Source of the DNA: Vicinamibacterales bacterium
GTDB taxonomy: Bacteria > Acidobacteriota > Vicinamibacteria > Vicinamibacterales > UBA8438
Length of the DNA: 64,000 nt
Assembly: GCA_965208165.1 (NCBI GenBank)
Contig: OZ242323.1
Coordinates: forward strand, 2,864,893-2,928,892
Reading direction: 5' to 3'
Shown: one piece after another, positions 25,985 through 35,245 of the stretch
How positions within the stretch are numbered: position 1 is the stretch's first letter
Layout of the letters: every line of letters begins with the position of its first letter
Notes under the pieces: model-generated
What the model saw: the letters and a program-made list of their open reading frames with translations, nothing else
Database searches by the model: none
What the model was told of the DNA's origin: nothing
Translations under genes and position numbers: made by a program

Positions 25985-26382
25985 GCCGAATTCTGTACCC
26001 GCCCCCGCCCGCGAACGGACAGGCGCCAGGCGACGACCATTCCTCTAGCCCCGCCATCGCTGGCGGGGTCGAGCAACCTACCCGGAGGCTTCGGACGGGC
26101 CGCCCTCGAACGCCTCCCTATTCGGTCTTGCTCCGTGCGGGGTTTAGCCTGCCATCCGCCTTGCGGCGGACGCGGTGCGCTCTTACCGCACCTTTTCACC
26201 CTTACCGCCCGGCGAACCGTTAACCGGCACGCCGGGAGGCGGTATGTTTTCTGTGCCACTTTCCTTCAGGTCGCCCTGACCGGGGATTACCCGGCGCACT
26301 GCCCTCCGGAGTTCGGACTTTCCTCCCCACCCGATGCCCCGAAGGGCACCGCGTGCAGCGGTCGCCTGTCCCTCTGCGGCGC
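25965..26382 (-). ncRNA. rnpB: RNase P RNA, bacterial type A
   Basis: The minus strand carries GGGAGGAAAGTCCGAACTCC, GGTAAGGGTGAAAAGGTGCGGTAAGAGCGCACCGCG, GAGCAAGACCGAATAGGG, CCGGGTAGGTTGCTCGA and ACAGAATTCGGCTTAT in the order seen in E. coli M1 RNA. P1 pairs GCCGCAGAGGGAC (5') with GTCCCTCTGCGGC (3'), followed by CTCTTTTC. Ends are +/-5 nt. Confidence 0.93.
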
Positions 26383-26419
26383 GTAGACTCTCGGTGTCTT
26401 CGCTCGGCCCTCCTCCTCA

Positions 26420-26498
26420 GCCCGCCAATCGCCGCCTGCGGCTCCGATTGGCGCCCAGCCAACCCTGCCGGCAGCCTGCACCGCCCACGGCGCGCGCT
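26420..26498 (-). repeat. Degenerate copy of the ~80-nt hairpin repeat family
   Basis: gcccgccaatcgccgcctgcggctccgattggcgcccagccaaccctgccggcagcctgcaccgcccacggcgcgcgct aligns along its length with the copy at 26612-26693. Confidence 0.75.
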
Positions 26499-26613
26499 GC
26501 TAGTGTCCCGTATCAGTGGTTCGCGAAATAATTCAGGGCGACTCTTCTTCCCGGGTCACGGGCGTTCTCACCCATGCGAGATATTTCGCGAACTTCGCTG
26601 GCAGGACACTAGC
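26499..26613. other. 115-bp inverted-repeat element (MITE-like or structured RNA), lower GC
   Basis: Outer arms GCTAGTGTCC (26499-26508) / GGACACTAGC (26604-26613). Inner arms GTTCGCGAAATA (26519-26530) / TATTTCGCGAAC (26582-26593), each containing the palindrome TTCGCGAA. The ~50-bp core is unique. Confidence 0.7.
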
Positions 26614-26693
26614 CCGCCCATCGTCGCCTTCGGCTCCGCTGGGCGCCCAACCAACCCTGCCAGGAGTCTGCACCGTTCTACGGCGCAGACTCC
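26612..26693 (-). repeat. Copy of the ~80-nt hairpin repeat family directly after the stop of the NtrC-type gene
   Basis: Minus strand reads TAG-GAGTCTGCGCCGTAGAACGGTGCAGACTCC-TGGCAGGGTTGGTTGGGCGCCCAGCGGAGCCGAAGGCGACGATGGGCGGGC. Confidence 0.85.
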
Positions 26694-28063
26694 TAGGCGT
26701 CCGCATCCTGCGAGATCCCGTACTGCTCCAGCTTCTTGTAGAGATTGCTGCGCGGGGTGTCGATGACCTCCGCCGTCCTCGAGATGTTCCAGCCGTGCTC
26801 GCGCAGCTTGTCGATGAGGAACGCGCGCTCCGCCCGCTCCTTGAACTCGCGCAGGGTGCCGGCCTGACTCGCGGCGAGGCCCGCCGCGCCGTCCCGGACC
26901 CCCGTCCGCACCACCGCGCGGACGTCGCCCACCTCGATGGTCTCGCCCGGGGTCATCACCAGCAGGCGCTCCACGGTGTTCCTCAGCTCGCGGATGTTCC
27001 CCCGCCACCGCTCCCCGGCCAGCGCCGCTGTCGCGGCCGGGGTGAAGTCGCGGGGCCGGAAGTTGTTGTCCCGGCAGAACAGCGCCGTGAAGTGGCGGAC
27101 GAGCCGCGGAATGTCCTCCCGCCGGTCGCGCAGCGGCGGCACCCGGATCGGGATGACGCTGAGCCGGAAGTAGAGGTCCTCGCGAAAGCGCTCGTTGTCG
27201 ATGTCCGCCTCGAGGTTCCGGTTGGTGGCCGCGAGCACGCGCACGTCGACCTCGATGGTCCGGGCCGAGCCGAGCCGCTCGACCTCTCCCTCCTGCAGCA
27301 CGCGCAGCACCTTGGCCTGGGTGCGGAGACTCATGTCGCCGACCTCGTCGAGGAAGATGGTGCCGCGATCGGCCTGCTCGAACTTGCCGATCTGCTTCTG
27401 GGTCGCTCCCGTGAACGCGCCCCGCTCGTGCCCGAACAGCTCCGACTCGATCAACTCTTCGGGCAGCGCGGCGCAGTTCACCTGCACGAACCGCTCGCGG
27501 CCCCGCCGGCTGTTGCGGTGAATGGCCCGCGCCACCAGCTCCTTCCCGACGCCGCTCTCCCCCTGGATGAGCACCGTGCTCGTCGTTGGCGCGGCCCGCC
27601 CGATCGCGTCCGTCACCCCTCGCAGGGCCGGGCTCTCCCCCACCATCTCGTGACGGATCTCGGCGAGCGCGCGGTAACGGCTGACCTCGGTCTTGAGCCG
27701 GTGCTGCTCCAGGGCGTTCCGGATGTTGACCTTGAGGACGTCCCCCTCGAACCCCTTCTCGAGAAACGTGAACGCGCCCTGCTTCGTCGCCTCGACCGCG
27801 GTGCTGATGGTGCCGTGGCCGGAGATGACGATCACGGGGACGGGGTCGCCGCGCTCCCGCAGGCGCCGCAGGACCTCCAGGCCGTCCATCCCCGGCATCT
27901 TCACGTCGAGCAGCACGAGGTCGACGCTCTCGGCGCCGAGCAGGTCGAGGCCTTCGCGGCCGCTGCGCGCGAACAGGCACTCGTAGCCCTCGTACTCGAG
28001 AGTCATCTTGAGGGCGTCGCGCACCCCCTCGTCGTCGTCGACCACCAGAATACGCTCGGTCAT
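26693..28063 (-). CDS. Sigma-54-dependent response regulator (NtrC/AtoC family), no adjacent histidine kinase
   Basis: Receiver domain ([14 protein letters not shown] ... [11 protein letters not shown]), AAA+ sigma-54 interaction domain ([30 protein letters not shown]) and a Fis-type HTH ([25 protein letters not shown]). GTG 28066 and ATG 28063 are both possible starts. Confidence 0.9.
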   Translation of the reverse strand: MTERILVVDDDEGVRDALKMTLEYEGYECLFARSGREGLDLLGAESVDLVLLDVKMPGMDGLEVLRRLRERGDPVPVIVISGHGTISTAVEATKQGAFTFLEKGFEGDVLKVNIRNALEQHRLKTEVSRYRALAEIRHEMVGESPALRGVTDAIGRAAPTTSTVLIQGESGVGKELVARAIHRNSRRGRERFVQVNCAALPEELIESELFGHERGAFTGATQKQIGKFEQADRGTIFLDEVGDMSLRTQAKVLRVLQEGEVERLGSARTIEVDVRVLAATNRNLEADIDNERFREDLYFRLSVIPIRVPPLRDRREDIPRLVRHFTALFCRDNNFRPRDFTPAATAALAGERWRGNIRELRNTVERLLVMTPGETIEVGDVRAVVRTGVRDGAAGLAASQAGTLREFKERAERAFLIDKLREHGWNISRTAEVIDTPRSNLYKKLEQYGISQDADA

Positions 28064-28078
28064 CACCCTGCGCCGGTC

Positions 28079-28084
28079 ATTATA
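28079..28084 (-). promoter_or_regulatory. Perfect TATAAT hexamer 12 nt upstream of the regulator start (candidate -10, very short leader)
   Basis: Minus strand reads cttATAAT-context TATAAT gaccggcgcagg GTGATG. No convincing -35 element. Confidence 0.3.
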
Positions 28085-28257
28085 AGTTCCCGAAAGGGCC
28101 GGCGGATGCGGGACCGCGGCCGGGCACCGCGGGAATGGCGCATGCGGAGCGCCCGATCTTCGGGGGTCGAGCCAGGTCGAGGAACGTCCCTCGCGCGCGA
28201 TCGGCCGGCGGCGCAGGGAACCAGGAGCAGCGCTTCGACACGGAGCCGGGGCCGGCG

Positions 28258-29283
28258 TCAGCGGTCCCGGGCCAGCACGTAGTCGGGCAGCGCCATGAGG
28301 GCGTCGAGCTCCGGTGAAGGGGGAAAACCCTCGAGAAACCGCTTCGCGGCCTCGGCGAACTCCGCCGCCCGCTCGAAGGCGAGGTCGAGCACGCGATGCT
28401 CGGTCAGCAGGCCGCGCAGCTCGTTCCAGGCGTCGGGCGAGAAGCGGCGGTCCCGCACCAGCGCGTCCAGCAGGGCGCGGGCCGGCGCCCCCGCCTTTCG
28501 GAGGAGGTAGATCGCGGGCAGCGTCATCTTGCCCTCGCGCACGTCGCCGCCGACCGGCTTCCCGAGCACGCTCTCATCGGCGGTGTAGTCGAGGAGATCG
28601 TCGACGAGCTGGAACGCGATGCCGAGATTGGTGCCGTAGTCGCGCAGGGCGGCCTGTCGGGCCTCGGACAGCCCGCCGAGCATCCCGCCGATCTGGGCGC
28701 AGCCGCCGAAGAGGTGGGCGGTCTTGCGCCTGATGATCTCCAGGTGCTCTTCCTCGGTGATGTCCACGTCGCCGACCTTGGTGAGCTGGTACAGCTCGCC
28801 CTCGATCATGCCCCGCGTGACGTCGCAGAGCAGCCGCACGAGATCGAGAGAATCGACGGTCAGGGCCATGCCCATCGACTTGATGTAGAGGTAGTCGCCG
28901 AGAAGGACGGTGATGTCGTTGCCCCACCGGGCGTGCACGGTCGCTCGCCCGCGGCGCGTGATCGCGTCGTCGATCATGTCGTCGTGAACGAGGGTGGCGG
29001 TGTGGATGAACTCCACCACCGCCGCGTAGAGGGTGGCGCTCTCGCCCCGGTAGCCGCCGAGCCGCGCGCACATGAGCAGGAGCGCCGGCCTCACCCGCTT
29101 GCCGCCGCTCGCCTGCAGATAGCGGCCGATCTCGGGAATCAGCTCGACCCGCGACTCGATGTGGTGGACGAACTTCTGCTCGACCGATTCCAGATCCGCG
29201 CGTATGGGCTCGAAGATCTCGGCAAGGTCCGGGGGGACAGAGGTTCTCGACACGGCGGCGTCTCGCGCCCCGGATTTCAGCAC
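28258..29283 (-). CDS. Polyprenyl diphosphate synthase (trans-IPPS, octaprenyl/GGPP-type)
   Basis: DDxxD motifs LVHDDMIDD and FQLVDDLLD. Start set to GTG 29283 (VLKSGARD...), with GGAG 7 nt upstream; the track ORF extends to 29445. Confidence 0.8.
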   Translation of the reverse strand: MLKSGARDAAVSRTSVPPDLAEIFEPIRADLESVEQKFVHHIESRVELIPEIGRYLQASGGKRVRPALLLMCARLGGYRGESATLYAAVVEFIHTATLVHDDMIDDAITRRGRATVHARWGNDITVLLGDYLYIKSMGMALTVDSLDLVRLLCDVTRGMIEGELYQLTKVGDVDITEEEHLEIIRRKTAHLFGGCAQIGGMLGGLSEARQAALRDYGTNLGIAFQLVDDLLDYTADESVLGKPVGGDVREGKMTLPAIYLLRKAGAPARALLDALVRDRRFSPDAWNELRGLLTEHRVLDLAFERAAEFAEAAKRFLEGFPPSPELDALMALPDYVLARDR

Positions 29284-29299
29284 AGTTGCGCTCCAAGTG

Positions 29300-30130
29300 T
29301 CAACGAGACAACCCTTTAGGGGGCGGTACGCGCCGTGTCCGAGACGGAGTGGCGCAGAGGAAGAGCGCCTCGAAGGCGGCCGCGGTCCGCTCTGACACCT
29401 CGCCGGGGAGCGCCCCCCGCACCTCCGCCACCACGTCGACGACACGGGCCACCCACGCCGGCTCGTTGCGGCGCCCCCGATGCGGGACCGGCGCCAGGTA
29501 CGGGGCGTCGGTCTCGACGAGCAGCCGTTCCCACGGCACGACGGCGGCCGCCTCGCGCACCGTCTCCGCCCGCCGGAACGTCGCGATGCCCGAGAACGAC
29601 ACGTGGAAGCCGAGGTCGACGGCCCGCCGCGCCGTCGCCGCGTCCCCGGTGAAGCAGTGGAACACGCCGCCCGGGGGCGGCGCGCCCTCCCCCTCCAGAA
29701 CCGCGAAGGTGTCCTCGTCCGCCTCGCGGGTGTGGATCACGATGGGGCGCCCCAGCTCGCGCGCCACCCGCACCTGGGTCCGGAACACCTCGCGCTGGAC
29801 CTCGCGCGGCGCGAAGTCGTAGTGATAGTCGAGCCCGATCTCGCCCACCGCGCGGGCGCCGGGCCGCGCCGCGACGGCCGCTCGCAGCCGCGGCTCCACC
29901 TCGTCGAGGCATGCGGCGAACTCCCCGGCCTGATGGGGATGCACGCCCACCGCGAACCTGACGTCCGGCCACGCCCCGGCCACCCGCTCCGCCCGGGCCG
30001 CCTCGGCCGGGTTGGTGGCGTCGAGGATGCACAGCGCGCCCTGGAGCCCGGCCGCCCGGGCCCGCTCGACCACCGCGTCGAGGTCGTCGGCGAACGCCTC
30101 GTCGGCGAGATGACAGTGCGAATCGAACAT
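29300..30130 (-). CDS. tatD: TatD-family metal-dependent hydrolase/DNase
   Basis: 276 aa. MFDSHCHLADE..., IVIHTREA, FHCFTGD, LLVETDAPYL blocks. Confidence 0.85.
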   Translation of the reverse strand: MFDSHCHLADEAFADDLDAVVERARAAGLQGALCILDATNPAEAARAERVAGAWPDVRFAVGVHPHQAGEFAACLDEVEPRLRAAVAARPGARAVGEIGLDYHYDFAPREVQREVFRTQVRVARELGRPIVIHTREADEDTFAVLEGEGAPPPGGVFHCFTGDAATARRAVDLGFHVSFSGIATFRRAETVREAAAVVPWERLLVETDAPYLAPVPHRGRRNEPAWVARVVDVVAEVRGALPGEVSERTAAAFEALFLCATPSRTRRVPPPKGLSR

Positions 30131-30406
30131 CGGCGCCCCTGATCCGCTCAGAGAGTCCCACCCCCGGTTCGGACCGCCGACCGGGTCGGTTGGCGGTTGA
30201 ACCGAGACCGCCGGGCCGGGAGCACGGCGCGACCACTCGCGCCGGACCGCACCCGGGGGGCGCCGGCGACCGCCGAGACGCCCGCGCGGCCGGGCGCGAC
30301 GAGGGCGCGCACCGGGCCCTGGCCACCACCGATCGACCCGGCCGCGCGAGATGCACCGCCGGTCGAATGCTGCGCGGGGTTCGCCACGGACTCCTCGCTC
30401 TCCGGC

Positions 30407-32509
30407 CTATCGGACCCGGGCCCCCGGGGGGGCGGCGGCCGGGTCGTCCACCCCCAGGAGCACCGGCTGACCGTCCGGATCGGTCGCGGCCAGGATCATC
30501 CCGTTCGACTCGACCCCCATCAGCTTCGCCTTCGCGAGGTTGGCGACGATCACCACCGAGCGCCCCACCAGAGTCTCGGGGGCATAGGCGCGGGCAATGC
30601 CCGCGACCAGCGTACGCTCGCCGGCCCCGTCGTCCACGGTCACCCGGAGCAGCTTCTTCGACTTGGGAATCGCCTCGGCCGCGAGCACCCTGGCCACCCG
30701 AAGCTGGACCTTCATGAAGTCGTCGAACGAAATGCGCGGCTCGTCCGGGAGAGGCGCCGGCGCGTCGGCCGCGGGCGCCCCCGCCTCGGCCGCCGCGCCT
30801 GAAGCAGCCGGTGACGAGTCCTCGAGCGGGGCCCCGGCGGGGCTGTCGTCCGTCATGGTCTTCCCTGTTCCCTTCTCCGCGGCGACACCCTTCCCGTCGC
30901 CCGCGTTGCCGACCTGCCGCCTGCCGGCGGTCGGCGACCCTGCCTGTGCGGCGGCGACGCCGGCCCGGTCGGCGGCGGTCCCGCCGAGGGTCCCGCCGGC
31001 CTCGAGCCGCGGCCAGAGCGGCGGCCCCTGAACGACCTGCCGCTCGCCGCCCGACCAGGCCGCGTCGCGATCGAGCCGGGCCTCCGCCACCGGATCGGTC
31101 CGGCCCATCCGCCGCCATATCTCGGCGCACGACGACGGCATCGCCGGCCACAGCAGCAGGGCCGCAATCCGCACCGCCTCCGCCATCTCGAACAGCGCCT
31201 GGTCGAGATCGCCCGCGCGATCGGGCGCCTTCGCCAGCACCCATGGCTCCGACCGGGTGATGAACTCGTTGGCGGCGTCGATGAGATCGAAGGCCGCCGC
31301 CATCCCCGCGTGGAGCTCGTAGTCGTCGAGGGCCGCGCGGTACCGGCGCACCACGTCGGCGGCGCGGTCCGCCAGGCGCGGCGCCGCGCCCGCCACCGGC
31401 GCCACCCGGCCCCCGCGGTACTTGTGGGCCATCGCGGTGACCCGGTTCACCAGGTTGCCGAAGTTGTTCGCCAGATCGGCGTTGTACCGCTCGTCGAAGC
31501 GCTCCCACGTGAAGTCGCCGTCCTGTCCGTAGACGATCTCCTTGGCGAGATACAGGCGCAGGGGGTCGGGACCCAGCCGGTCGGCGGCCTCGAGGGGATC
31601 GACGCTGGTCCCGAGCGACTTGCTCATGCGCTGGCCCTGCCAGTTCACCCACCCGTGGCCGAACACCCGCCGGGGCAGCTCGATGCCCGCGCTCATGAGC
31701 ATCGCCGGCCACACCACCGCGTGGAAGCGGGTGATGTCCTTCCCCACCACGTGCAGGTCGGCCGGCCACCACCTCGCGAACTGCTCCTCGTCGGTGCCGT
31801 ACCCGACGGCCGCCATGTAGTTGGTCAGGGCGTCGAACCAGACGTAGACCACGTTCGACGGGTCGAACGGCAGGGGAATCCCCCAGCGCTGCCCGGTGCG
31901 GCTGATGGAGATGTCGTCGAGGCCGCGCTCGAGCAGCCGCAGCATCTCGTTGCGCCGGACCTCGGGCTGCACGAAGCCCGGGTGGGCCGCGTAGTGCTCC
32001 AGCAACCGGTCCCGGTACCGGGACAGGCGGAAGAAGTGGTTCTTCTCCTTGAGCCAGTCCGGCCTGGTACGGTGCACCGGACACTCGCCGTCGACGAGGT
32101 CCTTGTCCTGCTTGAAGGCTTCGCACGAGACGCAGTACCACCCCTCGTACTCGCCCTCGTAAAGGTCGCCGGCGGCGGCGATGCGCTCGACGAGGGTCGT
32201 CACCGCCACCCGGTGGCGTTCCTCGGTGGTGCGGATGAAGTCGTCGAACGACACGTCGAGCTTGGCCCAGACGTCGCGGAACACCCCCTCCATCCGGTCG
32301 CAGAAGGCGAGCGGGTCGAGCCCGAGCTCGGCCGCGCGCTGGAAGACGTTCTGCGAGTGCTCGTCGTTGCCCATGACGAAGCGCGTGGACAGGCCGCACA
32401 GGCGGCGGTAGCGGGCGATGACGTCGGCCGTCACCTTCTCGTAGGCCGTGCCCAGGTGGGGCCGGCTGTTGACGTAGTCGATCGCCGTCGTCAGATAGAA
32501 GCGCCTCAT
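30407..32509 (-). CDS. metG: Methionine--tRNA ligase with C-terminal tRNA-binding (Trbp111/EMAP-like) domain
   Basis: ATG 32509 (MRRFYLTTAIDYVNSRPHLGTAYEKV...). KMSKS variant RMSKSLG, Zn knuckle CVSCEAF..CPVH, an Ala/Gly-rich linker, then ...VVIVANLAKAKLMGVESNGMILAA. Confidence 0.9.
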   Translation of the reverse strand: MRRFYLTTAIDYVNSRPHLGTAYEKVTADVIARYRRLCGLSTRFVMGNDEHSQNVFQRAAELGLDPLAFCDRMEGVFRDVWAKLDVSFDDFIRTTEERHRVAVTTLVERIAAAGDLYEGEYEGWYCVSCEAFKQDKDLVDGECPVHRTRPDWLKEKNHFFRLSRYRDRLLEHYAAHPGFVQPEVRRNEMLRLLERGLDDISISRTGQRWGIPLPFDPSNVVYVWFDALTNYMAAVGYGTDEEQFARWWPADLHVVGKDITRFHAVVWPAMLMSAGIELPRRVFGHGWVNWQGQRMSKSLGTSVDPLEAADRLGPDPLRLYLAKEIVYGQDGDFTWERFDERYNADLANNFGNLVNRVTAMAHKYRGGRVAPVAGAAPRLADRAADVVRRYRAALDDYELHAGMAAAFDLIDAANEFITRSEPWVLAKAPDRAGDLDQALFEMAEAVRIAALLLWPAMPSSCAEIWRRMGRTDPVAEARLDRDAAWSGGERQVVQGPPLWPRLEAGGTLGGTAADRAGVAAAQAGSPTAGRRQVGNAGDGKGVAAEKGTGKTMTDDSPAGAPLEDSSPAASGAAAEAGAPAADAPAPLPDEPRISFDDFMKVQLRVARVLAAEAIPKSKKLLRVTVDDGAGERTLVAGIARAYAPETLVGRSVVIVANLAKAKLMGVESNGMILAATDPDGQPVLLGVDDPAAAPPGARVR

Positions 32510-32600
32510 CTCTGCCGCACCCCGACCTCGCTCGGACGGCCGCCCGGCCTCGGGCCGGCGGCGTGTCCCGCCCAACCCGCCTCTCGACCGGCCACGCGCC

Positions 32601-33812
32601 TCAACGACCGCGCGCCCCCGCCGCCAGCCCCGCGTCCCGCGACGCCTGAACAGCGGCGCCGTGGACCTCCTTCGCCGACACACGATGCTCGCGGGCCGCG
32701 CGCGCGCAGTCCTCGAACTCCGGGGCCACGTTGACCACCGCGGCGCCGCGCCGCGCCACCTTGCATCGTATCTCGCCGTAGCCGGTCGCAACCGGGACGA
32801 CCTCGCGATCGAGCACCTCCCGGGTCACCTCGCCGTAGCGGAGGCCGATGGTGCTCGTCTCCCGGAACAGGGCCGCGCAGACGGCTTCCCGGCACCCCGG
32901 CGGCGCGAGGACCGTGACGTGCGTCCCCGGGCGGTTCTTCTTCATCTGCACCGGCGTGTAGAACACGTCGAGCGCCCCGGCGTCCTGCAGACGCTCCATG
33001 AGCACCCCGAAGATCTCGGGGTTCATGTCGTCGATCTCGCACTCGACGGAGACCACGCGTTCGGAAGGACCCGCGTCCGCCGCCTCGCCGACCAGGACCC
33101 GCAGCACGTTGGGATGGCCTCGGGGGTCGCGCGAGCCCGCGCCGTAACCGATGCGCTCGATCCGCATCGCCGGCAACGCGCCGTACTCGCCCGCGAACTC
33201 GGACACCAGCAAGGCGCCGGTCGGGGTCAGCAGCTCGCCCGCCGGCGGCCCCGCGTACACCGGCGCCCCCTTGATCAGCTCCGCCGTCGCCGGCGCCGGC
33301 ACCGGCATCGTCCCGTGCGCGCAGGGCACCGTGCCGCTGCCGACGTTGACGGCCGAGGCCGCGATGCGCTCGGCCCCGAACCACTCGAGGGCGAAGACCC
33401 CGCCGACGACGTCCACGATCGAGTCGAGCGCCCCCACCTCGTGCAGATGCACCTTCTCGACCGGCATCCGGTGTATGGCGGCCTCGGTCTCGGCCAATCG
33501 CCGGAACAGGCGGGCCGCCCGCCCCCGGGACGCCTCGGAAAGCGCCGACCGCTCGACGAGCTTCAGGATACCGGAGAGATGGCGGTGCGGATGGCCGGCG
33601 CCGTCCCCGGCGGCCTCCGTCACCGTGAACTTCGTGGCCCCGACGCCGGAGCGGGTCACCGGCTCGGCCGAGACGGCGCACTCGTCGCCGAGGGCCAGGC
33701 TCCCCAAGGCCTCCCGGAGGCGCTCGAAGGGCAGTCCCGCATCGAGCAGGGCGCCGATGAGCATGTCGCCCGACGCGCCGGAGAAACAGTCCAGATAGAG
33801 AATCCGCCCCAT
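32601..33812 (-). CDS. larC: Nickel-pincer cofactor biosynthesis protein LarC (DUF111)
   Basis: ATG 33812: MGRILYLDCFSGASGDMLIGALLDAGLPFERL..., the characteristic DUF111 N-terminus. 403 aa. Confidence 0.8.
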   Translation of the reverse strand: MGRILYLDCFSGASGDMLIGALLDAGLPFERLREALGSLALGDECAVSAEPVTRSGVGATKFTVTEAAGDGAGHPHRHLSGILKLVERSALSEASRGRAARLFRRLAETEAAIHRMPVEKVHLHEVGALDSIVDVVGGVFALEWFGAERIAASAVNVGSGTVPCAHGTMPVPAPATAELIKGAPVYAGPPAGELLTPTGALLVSEFAGEYGALPAMRIERIGYGAGSRDPRGHPNVLRVLVGEAADAGPSERVVSVECEIDDMNPEIFGVLMERLQDAGALDVFYTPVQMKKNRPGTHVTVLAPPGCREAVCAALFRETSTIGLRYGEVTREVLDREVVPVATGYGEIRCKVARRGAAVVNVAPEFEDCARAAREHRVSAKEVHGAAVQASRDAGLAAGARGR

Positions 33813-33859
33813 GCGTTCCCAGAAGCCCTGCCGGCGACACGCCCAACGCCCCCGCAAGG

Positions 33860-34040
33860 TCGCCGGGGGTCCGAGTCGCAGAAGTGCGCGCCAGCGACTA
33901 CTCCCGCCGCGCCCGCGAGGCCGTGCCCAACCGAGTCGCAAGAGTTCCGCGCCAGCGACACTCTCGACGCGCCCACAAGGCGGTGCCCGACCAAGTCGCA
34001 AAGTCTCGCGCCAGCGAGACTTCCAACGCGACCGTCAGGT
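33860..34040. repeat. 60-bp tandem repeat x3 downstream of radC
   Basis: (g/a)agtcgca anchors at 33873, 33933, 33993. Each unit has a short AGTCGC...GCGAC(T) hairpin that decays from copy to copy. Confidence 0.85.
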
Positions 34041-34052
34041 CGCGCGGTCGCG

Positions 34053-34721
34053 CTAGAGCCGCCCCATCTCCTTGAAGCTGCAGTACTTGGCGTCGGCCAG
34101 AATCACGTGGTCGACCACTTCGATCCCCATCACCAGCCCCGCCTCGACCAGCCTCGCCGTCAACGCCACGTCGTCGCCGCTGGGCGTCGGGTCGCCCGAC
34201 GGGTGATTGTGGAACAGCACTATCGCCGCCGCTCCCCCGCTCGCCGCGGCCCTGAACACCTCTCGCGGATGAACGAGGCTGGCGTCGAGGGTCCCCGTCG
34301 ACAGCAGCGTGGTCTTGAGGACGCGGTGCTTCGTGTCCAGCAGCACGATGCCGAACTGCTCGACGGGACGGGCGCCGTAGCTCGGCAGCAGGAAGGACGC
34401 GACCTCCCGCGGAGAAGCCACCCGCTCCCGGTGATTCGGGGGCCGCACCAGCGTGCGCCGGCCCAGCTCGACGGCGGCGAGCACCTGCGCCGCCTTCGCC
34501 GCCCCGAGCCCCTTCAGGCGACACAGATCGCCGAGGGACTGCCGTGTCAACCCATGCACCCCCCGCACCGCGGCCAGGACCCGGTTCGAGACGTCGATCG
34601 CGTTCGCGTCGCGGAACCCGTGACCGAGGACGATGGCAAGCAACTCGTTGTCGCCCAGACCTGACGGCCCGAGACGCTCGAGCTTTTCGCGGGGTCGGTC
34701 GTGGAGAGCGAGTGACTTCAT
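34053..34721 (-). CDS. radC: RadC-family JAB/MPN domain protein
   Basis: ATG 34721 (MKSLALHDRPREKLERLGPSGLGDNELLAIVLG...). JAMM motif HNHPSGDPTPS. Confidence 0.85.
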   Translation of the reverse strand: MKSLALHDRPREKLERLGPSGLGDNELLAIVLGHGFRDANAIDVSNRVLAAVRGVHGLTRQSLGDLCRLKGLGAAKAAQVLAAVELGRRTLVRPPNHRERVASPREVASFLLPSYGARPVEQFGIVLLDTKHRVLKTTLLSTGTLDASLVHPREVFRAAASGGAAAIVLFHNHPSGDPTPSGDDVALTARLVEAGLVMGIEVVDHVILADAKYCSFKEMGRL

Positions 34722-35010
34722 CGTACCACACGGCGGGGGCCGCACGCCGGCCCGGTCGGGGGGCCGGCCCCGTCACGGCCGGCCGCCACCTCGACTCGCC
34801 TGCAAGAACCGGGCACATGTGGCGGAAAGCGAGGGTCCGTGGCGGTTGCCCCAGGAATAGCGTCTCCATCCGAGGATGATCGCCGGCGGCGTCCCGGCCC
34901 GGCCGCGAGGACGTACGCGTACGATGCGCGCAGGCGTCTCGATCGGGATTGCGGGTCTTGCGCTCAATCCCGCCCGCGGCCAGGCGCGCGGCACTCGTCC
35001 GGTCCGCCGG

Positions 35011-35245
35011 GCCCGCCCATCGTCGCCGGCGGCTCCGCTCGGCGCCCCACCCGACCCGCCGGGAGTCAGCGCCGTTTCACGACTCCCAGCCCGCCCATCG
35101 TCGCCGGCGGCTCCGCTCGGCGCCCCACCCGACCCGCCGGGAGTCAGCGCCGTTTCACGACTCCCAGCCCGCCCATCGTCGCCGGCGGCTCCGCTCGGCG
35201 CCCGACCGACCCTCGGGGAGTCAGCGCCGTCTTCACGGCGCGGGC
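35011..35245 (-). repeat. Three tandem 78-bp units of the hairpin repeat family; the last unit overlaps the dapF stop codon
   Basis: gcccgcccat anchors at 35011, 35089, 35167. The final hairpin is GGAGTCAGCGCCGT-cttc-ACGGCGCGGGCTCC, whose right arm is the dapF terminal codons (QEPAP-stop, tca at 35233). Confidence 0.9.

Noticed and set aside
26516-28282. 588-aa plus-strand ORF starting inside the inverted-repeat element
   Set aside because: It is entirely antisense to the well-supported NtrC-family gene, and its product is low-complexity.
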